A DNA stretch of 64,000 nucleotides, from the IMG/VR virus record IMGVR_UViG_3300048926_000230, positions 1-64,000 of that record. One strand, written 5' to 3'. The stretch's first letter is position 1. Each line of letters begins with the position of its first letter. Made by a program: the position numbers and the translations under genes. The notes under the pieces were generated by a model that did not search any database, had not been told where the DNA came from, and saw nothing but the letters and a program-made list of their open reading frames with translations. Below, in pieces: positions 1 to 9,260 of this stretch. The stretch is from an uncultured virus (IMG/VR IMGVR_UViG_3300048926_000230). Taxonomy: Duplodnaviria > Heunggongvirae > Uroviricota > Caudoviricetes.

Positions 1-296
1 ACCAGCGACGCGATGGTGAAGACCCCGACGCCGGAGATGAACGCCCGCTTGTGCCCGATCGCGTCGCCGACCCGTCCGCCGAGCAGCAGCAGGCCACCGA
101 AGGTGAGCACATAGGCGGTGATGACCCAGCTCTTGGCCGCATCGGTCATGCCGAGTTCGGCCTGCATGTGGGGCAGCGCGACGATGACGATGGTGCCGTC
201 CAGGGTCGACATCAGCTGCATGCCGGTGATGGCGACGATGGCGACACCCATCACCTTGTCCGACAGGCGCGCGATGCCACGGTCTGACGCTGACAT
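1..296 (-). CDS. MFS efflux transporter, EfpA-like paralog (5' part; continues beyond window start)
   Basis: Minus-strand translation MSASDRGIARLSDKVMGVAIVAITGMQLMSTLDGTIVIVALP...SWVITAYVLTFGGLLLLGGRVGDAIGHKRAF closely parallels the N-terminus of efpA at 1736-3301. Not in the ORF track because it is truncated. Confidence 0.85.
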   Translation of the reverse strand, partial: MSASDRGIARLSDKVMGVAIVAITGMQLMSTLDGTIVIVALPHMQAELGMTDAAKSWVITAYVLTFGGLLLLGGRVGDAIGHKRAFISGVGVFTIASL

Positions 297-342
297 GCCA
301 CCCGACCCTACCTGCGGCCCACATCGGCTACCGGGACGATGG

Positions 343-1662
343 TCAGGCGGCGTGGACGGCGGGGTTGGGCGTCCCGGCGATGCCGAGCCGGTCCGCCAGC
401 CACGGCAACGTCGCTGCGAATGCCCGGGATGCGAACGTCCAGTCATGCCGGCCCGGCCAGGTCTGCACGGCGCCGTCGATCCCGTAGGTGCGGGCGAGGG
501 CGTTGAGTGTGTTCGCGGCGACGTCCTGCCCCTCGGGGTTGGCCAACGGGTCATGCCCCGGCTCCCCGCTGGGCACCACGAACCGTGCCGACAGGTCGGT
601 GTACCGACCGTGGCGGGCCATCACCGTCGCCGGATCGAATTCGGCCCATGCGGCCGAGTCACCACCGAACAGGCGGTCGATGGATTGCTCCTTGGTGCCC
701 GAGTTGGGGCCGAGGTCACCGGCGATATCGACGAAGGCGCTGAACAGCTCCGGGCGCCGCACACTCAGCTCGACCGCGCAGGTACCGCCCATGGACCAGC
801 CCATGATGCCCCACCTGCTCCGGTCGGGGCTCACCCCGAAGTTCGAGATCATGTAGGGCACCACGTCTTTGGTCAGGTGCAGCGAAGCGTTTCCCCGCGT
901 CCCGTTGACGCATTCGGTGTCGTTGTCGAAGCTTCCGGTGGGGTCGACGAAGACGAACACCGGTGCGGTCCCACCGTGGGCGGCCGCGAAGGCATCGATC
1001 GTGGCGGCCGCATCGCCGGCCCGCAGCCAGTCCGCCGGGGTGTTCAACTGCGCGCCGATCATCATGACCGTCGGCAGCCTGGGCGGCGGATTGCTGGCGA
1101 ACCAGGCGGGCGGCAGGTAGACCAACTCGTCACGATGGGCGAAACGGGAGGCTGCCGGGCTGATCGTCACCGGCAGGACCACCCCGTGCGCTGGATGTGC
1201 GTGCGCCAACTGCAGTTCGGTGACCGTCATCCGGTCGGCCTGATCCGGTACCGCGGGGGCTGCCAGCCTGGTCCACGCACTGTTCACCGTCGGGAAGTAC
1301 CCCACCCAGACATTGATCATCAGCACCGCGCACAGCGCGCAGGCCGGCACCGCGGCAACCGACACCACACGCCGCCACCACCGGGTCCGAACCCAGCCGA
1401 GCACGGCGACGACAGCGCAGAATCCGGTCAGCGCGATCCACAGCCACAACGGCCGCGGCGCCGGATCACCGGCGATGCCGATGGCCGCGATATAGGCGTG
1501 CGCACCGCCCGCCAGCGCCACCCCACAGACCGCGGCGAGCGCGAGCACGCGCCGACGTCCCCGACGCACCGCGGCGGGCACCACCAGGGCCAGCGTGGCG
1601 ATCTCGATCAGCGGGGGCAGTAAACCGTGTGTCAGCGGGACGGTGCCGAGGAAGTGCCACAC
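343..1662 (-). CDS. Membrane-anchored alpha/beta-hydrolase esterase (antigen 85/esterase-like family), host gene
   Basis: N-terminal TM segments, nucleophile elbow GWSMG, C-terminal GRHDW His motif. Confidence 0.8.
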   Translation of the reverse strand: MWHFLGTVPLTHGLLPPLIEIATLALVVPAAVRRGRRRVLALAAVCGVALAGGAHAYIAAIGIAGDPAPRPLWLWIALTGFCAVVAVLGWVRTRWWRRVVSVAAVPACALCAVLMINVWVGYFPTVNSAWTRLAAPAVPDQADRMTVTELQLAHAHPAHGVVLPVTISPAASRFAHRDELVYLPPAWFASNPPPRLPTVMMIGAQLNTPADWLRAGDAAATIDAFAAAHGGTAPVFVFVDPTGSFDNDTECVNGTRGNASLHLTKDVVPYMISNFGVSPDRSRWGIMGWSMGGTCAVELSVRRPELFSAFVDIAGDLGPNSGTKEQSIDRLFGGDSAAWAEFDPATVMARHGRYTDLSARFVVPSGEPGHDPLANPEGQDVAANTLNALARTYGIDGAVQTWPGRHDWTFASRAFAATLPWLADRLGIAGTPNPAVHAA

Positions 1663-1735
1663 CGTCAGACGGCGGGCGCGGGCATACGGGTCACGGCGTC
1701 AGGCTAGAACGGCTGCCTGTGAGGCAACTGACCGC

Positions 1736-3301
1736 TCAACCGTCGAGCTCTCCGGCGTCCAGCGCGTCCTTGACTTCCTGCGCGTGCGCGACCTCTTCGG
1801 CCGAGTAGCGGATGAACAGCGCGACGGCGCCCACCAGGACGGCCACCGCGGCCACCCACAACAGACCGTAGGTGTAACCCTGGTCCAGCGCGTGGTGTTG
1901 GGCGGCGTCCATGTTCTTGACCGGGCCGGTGGTACCGCCCAGGTAGAGGGTGCGCGAGGTGATCACGGCCTGGATGATCGCGAGCACGACCGGCCCGCCG
2001 AGGTTCTGCAGCATCAGGGCGATCGCCGAGACCGGACCGATCTCGTCGAAACCGACACCGGCAATGGCCGAGACGGTCAGCGGGACGACGATCATGCCGA
2101 TCCCGAAACCGCCGACCGTGATGGGCAGCACCAGGTTCGGGAAGTACGGGATACCGGCATTGAGCGTCGAGCCGTAGATCATGGCACCGAGCACCAGCAC
2201 ACCACCGGAGATGACCAGCCAGCGCGGCGCGAACTTGGACACCAGCACCGAGGAGACGCCGAGTCCGATACCGAGCGCGATGACGAACGGGATGAAACCG
2301 ATACCCGCCTTGAGCGCGCTGTAGCCCATGATGTCCTGCACGTACAGGCCGATCAGCACGGTCAGCGTGAACATCACACCGCCGGCCAGGAACACCGCGG
2401 CCAGGGTCGCGACACGGTTGCGGTCCCGGAACAGCGAGAACGGCACGACGGGGTTCTCCGCGGAGCGCTCCACATAGAAGAAGGCGAAGCCGAACAGCAC
2501 CGCGCCGGCGCCGGAGGCCAGGGTGAGCGGCGACAGCCAGCCCTGCTCCGGGCCCATCGAGAAGCCGAAGACCGCGGCGGTGCACGCCAGGGTGGCCAGG
2601 ATGGCACCGGCGGCATCCAGCTTCATCCGAGCGCGGTCGGTCTCCTTGAGGGTGGTGTGCGCCAGGTAGAGCATCACCAGGCCGATGGGGATGTTGACCA
2701 GGAACGCCAGCCGCCAGGACACCTCGGTGAGTGCCCCACCGACCACCAGACCCATCACCGAGCCGACGCCCGTCATGGCGGCGAACACGGCGGTCGCGGC
2801 GTTGCGGGCCGGACCCTTGGGGAAGGTGGTGGCGACCAGCGCGAGCCCGGTCGGTGAGGCGATGGCCGAGCCGACACCCTGCAGCAGGCGGGCGATGACC
2901 AGGGTGGCCTCGTCCCAGGCCACACCGCACAGCACCGAGGCGATGGTGAACAGCGCGACGCCGACGATGAAGGTGCGCTTGCGCCCGATGGTGTCGCCGA
3001 GGCGGCCGCCGAGGAGCATCAGTCCACCGAAGGTCAGCACGTAGGCGGTGATCACCCAGCTGCGGCCGGCATCCGAGAGCCCGAGTTCGTCCTGGATCTT
3101 GGGCAGAGCGACGATCGCGACGGTGCTGTCCATCGTGGCCAGCAGCTGCATGCCGCCGATGGCGATGACCGCGGCGATGAAGTTCCAGGACGGCAGCCAG
3201 GCCGGAAGCCGACCGCCGCGCTGCGCCCCGTCATGCTCGATGCGAACAGGCAGCGCGCGGTTGTTCCCGCGCGCTCGCTCTGCGTCGTTGAGAGCCGTCA
3301 T
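1736..3301 (-). CDS. efpA: MFS efflux pump EfpA
   Basis: MTALND...FIAAVIAIGGMQLLATMDSTVAIVALPKIQ...AHAQEVKDALDAGEL matches the mycobacterial EfpA sequence as I recall it. Start placed at ATG 3301 rather than 3364. Confidence 0.9.
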   Translation of the reverse strand: MTALNDAERARGNNRALPVRIEHDGAQRGGRLPAWLPSWNFIAAVIAIGGMQLLATMDSTVAIVALPKIQDELGLSDAGRSWVITAYVLTFGGLMLLGGRLGDTIGRKRTFIVGVALFTIASVLCGVAWDEATLVIARLLQGVGSAIASPTGLALVATTFPKGPARNAATAVFAAMTGVGSVMGLVVGGALTEVSWRLAFLVNIPIGLVMLYLAHTTLKETDRARMKLDAAGAILATLACTAAVFGFSMGPEQGWLSPLTLASGAGAVLFGFAFFYVERSAENPVVPFSLFRDRNRVATLAAVFLAGGVMFTLTVLIGLYVQDIMGYSALKAGIGFIPFVIALGIGLGVSSVLVSKFAPRWLVISGGVLVLGAMIYGSTLNAGIPYFPNLVLPITVGGFGIGMIVVPLTVSAIAGVGFDEIGPVSAIALMLQNLGGPVVLAIIQAVITSRTLYLGGTTGPVKNMDAAQHHALDQGYTYGLLWVAAVAVLVGAVALFIRYSAEEVAHAQEVKDALDAGELDG

Positions 3302-3308
3302 ACGGGTT

Positions 3309-3314
3309 ACCTTA
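3309..3314 (-). promoter_or_regulatory. Probable -10 hexamer (TAAGGT) of a leaderless efpA transcript
   Basis: TAnnnT hexamer 7 nt upstream of the ATG at 3301, with no RBS. Confidence 0.5.
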
Positions 3315-3895
3315 CAGGTACCCGGTAGGTAAGCGTTATGCCTGACCTCGAACAATGAGGTCACAAACGAGCGCTAAAGCGCTAGGTATCTTAGAGTTCA
3401 GCTAACCCTGGGAAACATGGCAAATCGCCACTGGAGGGCGATCCCCTCCGCTCCCATGTCACCACCCCGGAAAAGGCCTCGACTCCCTCAGCGTGGCGCC
3501 TAGGCCTACTTTTGAAGGTTTAGGCAGGTTTAGCCGATTCCCCTAAATCTGGTCCGGAGCGCGGCTTGGGCCGAAAATCGTAGACCCTTTCGGCACTACT
3601 TGAAACTAAGAATTCAATAAGGAACCCGCACACCCCCCTTTCAGCCATCGGCGCGTGGCCAGTAGCGTCCGTCGAGGACAGGGTGAAACACCTACTAGAG
3701 CGAGCCTGCGAGCGACCGGGGTTCACGCCCCGGTGCCCAACCACCACTGAAGTCTCGCCCCGTTACGTCACGTTGTGGGTCGGCTGTGGGGTCGTCACCT
3801 AAGTCGGGTACGGCACTAGAAGCCGGGAGTCTGTCGAAAATCGGGAGAGCCATGAGTTGGAGCTACCGCGCCAAGCGACGGTGGCAAGAAATCTT

Positions 3896-3951
3896 GTCTC
3901 AATCTTGAGATTTTTCTCCCGATGTTGAGACGGTGGTGATACGGTCGAGAC
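3896..3951 (+). promoter_or_regulatory. Phage promoter class A, copy 1 (GTCTC-N6-GAGAY palindrome, degenerate second site, extended -10 TACGGT at 3940)
   Basis: gtctcaatcttgagat / ctcccgatgttgagac / gtgatacggtcgagac at exact 20-bp period. Confidence 0.75.
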
Positions 3952-3973
3952 CACTGCCACACAAGGAGACGAC

Positions 3974-4333
3974 ATGACGACGACAATGGCGCCCGAACGA
4001 GCGGCGTACTCCCGCATGGTTCTTGACCACATTCTCGCGAATCCACACTTGCACGATCAGATGTCATTCGCGCAAAACACGCCATGCGGCACGACGCACT
4101 GCATTGCCGGCTGGGCTGTCGAATTGAGTCCAGACGTTGATGTCCAGTGGTGTCCCGGTGGCGGTTGGATTCTCCTCCATAAGGGCCATCAGGTGGGGCT
4201 GAAGAGAGTCGCCGAGAAGCTTCTAGGGTTGACGGCCGTAGATGCCCATCGCCTTTTTCTCGACGAGATGGACAACCAAGACGCGCTAGACCTTTTCCGC
4301 ATGTGGATCGAAGAGGCTGAGGCTGCGGCGTGA
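3974..4333 (+). CDS. Phage hypothetical protein with CGTTHCIAGW motif
   Basis: RBS aaggag, first gene after the promoter, coupled to the next ORF. Confidence 0.75.
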   Translation: MTTTMAPERAAYSRMVLDHILANPHLHDQMSFAQNTPCGTTHCIAGWAVELSPDVDVQWCPGGGWILLHKGHQVGLKRVAEKLLGLTAVDAHRLFLDEMDNQDALDLFRMWIEEAEAAA

Positions 4334-4692
4334 AGCAGGTCATCGTCATGCGGACCGACCTGCGCAATGCCGAAGGTCACAAGATCCGCACCGGCAAGCT
4401 CGTCGCCCAGGGCGCCCACGCCTCGACGCTGGTCGTCGCCAAGAACGTCTTCGATCCCCGGGTTATCGATTGGCTCGAATCGGACTACACCAAGGTCACC
4501 CTGCAGGTGGGTAGCGAAGAGGAACTGCAAGAGGTTTATGCGCACGCCCGCAACGCCGGCTTGCTCGCCGAGTTCGTCGTCGACAACGGCCGGACCGAGT
4601 TTGGCGGCGTACTCACGGCGACCTGCTGCGCCATCGGGCCTGACGAGGACGACCGGATCGACGCCGTCACTGGGGATTTGAGGCCATTGTGA
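4330..4692 (+). CDS. Peptidyl-tRNA hydrolase, PTH2 family
   Basis: KQVIVMRTDL...GKLVAQGAHAS...KVTLQV...VVDNGRTEF...TCCAIGP...IDAVTGDLRPL are the PTH2 signature blocks. Confidence 0.9.
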   Translation: MKQVIVMRTDLRNAEGHKIRTGKLVAQGAHASTLVVAKNVFDPRVIDWLESDYTKVTLQVGSEEELQEVYAHARNAGLLAEFVVDNGRTEFGGVLTATCCAIGPDEDDRIDAVTGDLRPL

Positions 4693-4862
4693 TCTGGATT
4701 CTGGCTGGCGGCATTCCGCTCGTGCTCGGGTTTGGCTGGTTTCTCTGGCATCTCCGGCGGCGGGGCGAGTTGTGGGAATTCCTCGGTGTCGTCGGGGGAA
4801 CGCTCGCGGCTATCGCCTGCTTTGTGGCTTTCTGCTACGGCGTTCAGCAGGTGCATCGATGA
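4689..4862 (+). CDS. Small two-TM membrane protein (57 aa)
   Basis: GTG overlapping the Pth2 stop, hydrophobic translation, stop overlapping the next ATG. Confidence 0.6.
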   Translation: MIWILAGGIPLVLGFGWFLWHLRRRGELWEFLGVVGGTLAAIACFVAFCYGVQQVHR

Positions 4863-5524
4863 CGCCCGAGGTGCAACACGCTAAGCGATTCTTCTGGACG
4901 TGGCTCATCGGCGCGACGGTGGCGAGCGTCGCCGGCAACGTGGTGCACGCACTACTCGGTCACGCAGCGTCCCCCGCAGTCGCCGCGGCGGCGGCCATCG
5001 TGCCTCCCCTGGTCCTGCTCGGAGCCACGCACGGCGTGCACGCTTTGGTGCAATCGCAGGTCACGGGCCTCGCGTACCGGGCGGCCATGTGCATCACGGT
5101 ACTTCTCGCCCTGTGCGCCTTCATCCTCTCCTTCGAGGCGTTGCGCGACTTGGCGATCACCCAAGCGGGTATCCCGCAGCCGATTGGATGGCTGTGGCCG
5201 CTCGCCATCGACCTGTCCATCACGGGCAGCACGATTGCCCTGCTCGCCCTCACGGGACGCGCAAGGGACCAGGTCGTGCCGGAGGTATTGCAGCAGGATG
5301 CACAGACAGACCCGAACATGCCCGTCGTAACGGAGCATGCGGTGCTCGCCGAGCGGATCGTCTCGGAGGGCGTGACGCGCATCGACCGCAAGAAGGTCGA
5401 GCTGGTGCTGGCCAAGCACTCCGAAGGGTGCAAGCCGTCGATGATCGCGCGCGAGGTCGGCGTCGGATACGAGACGGTGCAGCGCATCACCGAGCACACC
5501 GAGCGTCTGGTGCTCTCGAAATGA
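4859..5524 (+). CDS. DUF2637-like membrane protein with C-terminal HTH
   Basis: RFFWTWLIGATVASVAGNVVHA...LSFEALRDLA...WLWPLAID; C-terminal PSMIAREVGVGYETVQRI. Confidence 0.75.
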   Translation: MTPEVQHAKRFFWTWLIGATVASVAGNVVHALLGHAASPAVAAAAAIVPPLVLLGATHGVHALVQSQVTGLAYRAAMCITVLLALCAFILSFEALRDLAITQAGIPQPIGWLWPLAIDLSITGSTIALLALTGRARDQVVPEVLQQDAQTDPNMPVVTEHAVLAERIVSEGVTRIDRKKVELVLAKHSEGCKPSMIAREVGVGYETVQRITEHTERLVLSK

Positions 5525-7927
5525 CCGCCCCCAAAGACGAGATCATCTGGCGGCGAACTCCGTCCAAGCAGGTGCACCTCGACTACGAGAGCACCTGCGG
5601 ACGCTGGAAGATCCTTCACCCCAAGAACGCCCCCTCCAACCGCTGGGAGCTTTACGACGCCGTGGCATGCCAGTGGCATGGAGATTGGCGAGGGCTGGCC
5701 GCGGCGAAGCAACGGGCCTACCAACTGCAGAGGATGGGCAAATGATCCCGGTGGCCATAGATCACAAGACCTGCGGGCACGTCAACCACACCACCATCGA
5801 CGCGAGCCGCCACGAGGAGATTCACACCGCGATGTTGACCTTCATGTCGCGGTGGTACTCGCAGGCGAACCATGCCCGAGCGGCGGGTAATGAGGCAGTC
5901 GCCCTGGCGTACGAGGCAGTCATAGACGACTTCGCCGAGTCGATGCGCGGATTCGAGGTAGAGCAGTGAGGATCGTCAACGACCCGAACTGGGACGCGGA
6001 CACGGCGCGACTCCAAGATCAGAAGCGGCGCGAAACCGGCTACGGCTTCTGCGACTACGAGATGCGTGCCGTCGAAAGTGCCGGCGGATTCATCGAGCAC
6101 GCAATCGACGCCCTCGGGTTCGAAGTCGAGCACTTCAACATGCAAGACAGCCAGGCTGTGTCCTGCTGCCGCTGCGGCGGGCTGTTCAAGGAGGAGTTGC
6201 AGTACATGCGTAAGCACCGTCTTGCATGCGGGTGGCTGTGATGGACTCGGGCGAAACCAACTACAGCATCATGCGCGAGCGCTTGATCACCGGCGAGATG
6301 AGCGATCTCAATCAATGGATCGAGCACGAGCCGTCCAACGCCGACATCCTCAAGCTGCTGGACGCGCTCCACGCCGACATAACCGGCACGACCACGCCCG
6401 CGGTGGACCGCATCTTGACGGACAGGTGGTACAGCTCGTGACCCCAGGTGAGCATGCATCCCTGGCCGGCCTCCCCCGAGGCGAGAACGGCCATCTCATC
6501 CCCGGGCATACCACATGGGACATGCTCGGCCCCAAGGCGAAAGCGCGTTGGGAACGAATTACAGAGGCGGTATCGAATGTCTGAAACGCGAGATGCTCTC
6601 GCCACCGCCCTCGCTGGGCACAAGATGTGGGAGAACGACGAGGGCGGCATAGCACACCAGCGCCGGGTTGGCTACTGCTCCTGCAGGGCGTGGAGGGGTC
6701 GCCCTTCCGACTTCGAGGCGCACAAGGCGGACATCCTCCTGGCATTACCAGGAATCGCCATCGTGAAGCTGGCCAAGCCCACCGATGACGACATCGACGG
6801 TGACCAGTACTTCTCAGAAGGCTCGGCCGCGGGCAATGTCCTCGTCACCCCGGGCTCGGGGATTGTCGGCCACGGCGACTGGGAGTGGACAGTCGAGCAG
6901 GCGATGGATGTTGGGCGGCAGTGGATCTCGGCCGCACTGGTCGCCGACCCGAATCGAACGGTGGCCAATGGATAACACCCCGAGGACGCCCGAAAGCATC
7001 ATCCGCTCCGTGCTGCTCGGATGCAATGTCGCGGCACCTAAGACGACCCAGGAACAGATCATGGTCGCGCTCAAATCCGAAGGCTGGGAGATCAGGAGGC
7101 GCCGCGGTGAGTGAACCGAGACTCGACCGGGGCGAGGAGTAGACCGTGACAATCGAATCGATGATGGTCCTACTGGCCATCCCCTCGCACCGCCGCGAAG
7201 AGTTCGCCCAGATCTTCAACTCGCAAGCGCGTGAGGACATGGACTCGGTCATGCGCGCGCGACTTGCCCGAATCATCTGGGATGCGATGCGCAATGGCTA
7301 ACCAGCAAGCGGCGGCCTACAACAAAGCCGTTGACGCACACAACAAGACAGTCCACAGCTTCAACGCGCTCAGTCGGCAAACAACACAAGGGACGAGCGT
7401 TAAAGCCGCCCTCAGTGCCAGCATTCAGTTGATCAAGGAGTTGATCAGCGTCAACGATCTGATCCTCGACGCTCTCAAGGAGAAGCTGTGAACGGGTGGA
7501 AGATCGGCCCCGACTACTTCCAGGTCCACGACGGCGATAAGTGGTACACCGCAAGCAAGATGGAGGGCGGGCTCTGGTTCGTGGTGAACCACCAAGGCCG
7601 CGCCATCAGGCAGGGCACCGAGATTCACCGCCGTGTGGTCGCCGCGGTCGACGAGTGGCTGAAGGAGCAGGCAGCGTGAGCGACCCCGCAGAGTGGGCGG
7701 CGACCCGGGTGGTAACCCAGATGGATATCGACGACCGGATCTATTACCACCACTTGCTCGATTCCGCTCGCGAAGCCCTGGCGCCGATCCGGGACGTCCT
7801 AGACAAACTCGCCGAAGACACGGTGCCACCCTGCGACATCGTCACCCGATATGTCTTATTCGAGAAGGCGATCAGCGACCTTTCCCCGCTGGTTTACGCG
7901 ACCGAGGAATTGGAGCTGGGGCCATGA
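5521..7927 (+). other. Run of about 11 short coupled phage hypothetical genes (approx. 5521-5745, 5742-5969, 5966-6241, 6241-6441, 6438-6584, 6577-6975, 6968-7114, 7146-7280, 7274-7491, 7488-7679, 7676-7927)
   Basis: ATGA/GTGA start-stop overlaps and phage-like short ORFs; no functional motifs recognised. Confidence 0.6.
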
Positions 7928-8298
7928 GCGACCCGGAGCCGGCCGAGGATTGGCGCGTGAACGTCTATTCAAATATCGCGGGCAACACAGTCGAGGTGAT
8001 CCACATTCCAACCGGGGTCAGGGGCATCTGCGGCGAATACAAGAGCCAACTCATGAACCAGCGCGAGGCGTTTGGGCGGGCGCAGGCCCTTATCGAAAGG
8101 GGCGTAATGCCCACCCTTGCGGAACTCACTGAGCACGAACTCGACCGCCAGGAATACAACTGCGCCGTCGCGAACGGCCTGATCATCAAGGCTCGCCGCA
8201 TCAACCGAGTCATGAAGGCACGCGAACGGAAGTGGGGCCTTGACGGAATTCAGTGCCACGCCATGCTCAAGGAGGCCCAGAAGTGCGCCTATGGGTAG
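7924..8298 (+). CDS. Class-1 release factor domain 3-like protein lacking the GGQ loop
   Basis: DWRVNVY...VEVIHIPTGVRGICGEYKSQLMNQREAF aligns with the RF pattern [39 protein letters not shown]. Confidence 0.7.
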   Translation: MSDPEPAEDWRVNVYSNIAGNTVEVIHIPTGVRGICGEYKSQLMNQREAFGRAQALIERGVMPTLAELTEHELDRQEYNCAVANGLIIKARRINRVMKARERKWGLDGIQCHAMLKEAQKCAYG

Positions 8299-8552
8299 AT
8301 GACCTCCGCCCGGCCCCCGAGGGGTGGTACTGGGCGAAAACTTCGGAACACGCCATAGAGATGCTCATTCTCGGACGGTCCGACATCACTGAGATGTCCC
8401 TCGATCACGATCTCGGCGGCGATGACACCACCCGCCCCATTGTTCTGTGGATGTGCGAGAACGAATCCTGGCCCACAACAGTCCACGTCCACACAGCGAA
8501 TCCCGTTGGCCGCGAATGGCTTGAAGGAATGATTGAAAGGCACAAACCATGA
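8283..8552 (+). CDS. Cyclic-phosphate-processing receiver domain protein
   Basis: LWVDDLRPAPEGW...MSLDHDLG...VHVHTANPVG motif pattern. Confidence 0.75.
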   Translation: MRLWVDDLRPAPEGWYWAKTSEHAIEMLILGRSDITEMSLDHDLGGDDTTRPIVLWMCENESWPTTVHVHTANPVGREWLEGMIERHKP

Positions 8553-8737
8553 ACTGGATACTGACAATCCGCGCGATAGCCATCCTACTGTTCGTCGCGG
8601 CGTTCGTCGCACTCTGCGCGGCCGGCAACGAGGTCGACAATCATCATCCCCAGATGGCATGGCTGGGCGTCGGTGTGTCGGCGACCCTCGCGCTGTCCGG
8701 ATGCATACTGGTCGGCGTCGGGTGGGGAAGATCATGA
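8549..8737 (+). CDS. Small two-TM membrane protein
   Basis: Two hydrophobic stretches, coupled start and stop. Confidence 0.55.
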   Translation: MNWILTIRAIAILLFVAAFVALCAAGNEVDNHHPQMAWLGVGVSATLALSGCILVGVGWGRS

Positions 8738-9030
8738 GTGACCCTGTAATCCCGGCCATCGCCGCCGGTAAGCCATCGGGCGATGGTCCGCCGCCCGTGA
8801 AGCTCGGTGACGTATTCAAGCCCATTGAACGCACCAGCACCGCCGATGAGTGGAACAAGGCCCGCGACCTCCTTGGTGAGCAGGTGCGCATCATGCTCGA
8901 CCTCGAAGACGAACATGCTGTGGTTGAGGGTCGACTCCTGTCTGTATGCGAGGACGGCTCCTTCGTCGTCCTCGACGACATGGGCATGAAGCACTACTGC
9001 TGGCCCCTCCTGAAAGTGGTGAAATCATGA
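8734..9030 (+). CDS. Phage hypothetical protein (possible Sm/SH3-like barrel)
   Basis: LLGEQVRIML...VEGRLLSVCEDGSFVVLDD pattern; coupled ORF. Confidence 0.5.
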   Translation: MSDPVIPAIAAGKPSGDGPPPVKLGDVFKPIERTSTADEWNKARDLLGEQVRIMLDLEDEHAVVEGRLLSVCEDGSFVVLDDMGMKHYCWPLLKVVKS

Positions 9031-9260
9031 CGCTACGCATTGCGTGCGCCGCGGCGCTGGCGCTGCTGCTCGCTGGGTGCAGCAGCAACTCGGGTGCGCC
9101 GCAGTTGTCGAACTTCGAGCGGTTCGAACAGTCCTGCAAGGACATGAAGGGCTTCGTCGTTCGGGTCGAGCCGCCAGGATGGAACGACACCGGTCGCTAC
9201 GACTGCATCGTCGACGGCAAGAAGGTGTACGTCCCCGACGCGACAGAGGTGCTTCAGTGA
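9027..9260 (+). CDS. Small lipoprotein
   Basis: Signal peptide with lipobox LLAGC. Confidence 0.65.
   Translation: MTLRIACAAALALLLAGCSSNSGAPQLSNFERFEQSCKDMKGFVVRVEPPGWNDTGRYDCIVDGKKVYVPDATEVLQ

Noticed and set aside
118..2930. Long ORFs 118-1623 (+), 1595-2857 (+) and 1704-2930 (-)
   Set aside because: Shadow or alternate frames of the esterase and efpA in GC-rich DNA; Arg/Gly/Pro-rich with no motifs.
3360..3960. Possible tRNA or tRNA-derived att core, and ORFs 3520-3747 / 3816-4367
   Set aside because: No cloverleaf or T-loop pattern seen, and the ORFs lack RBS and motifs. I found no tRNA gene anywhere in the window by eye.
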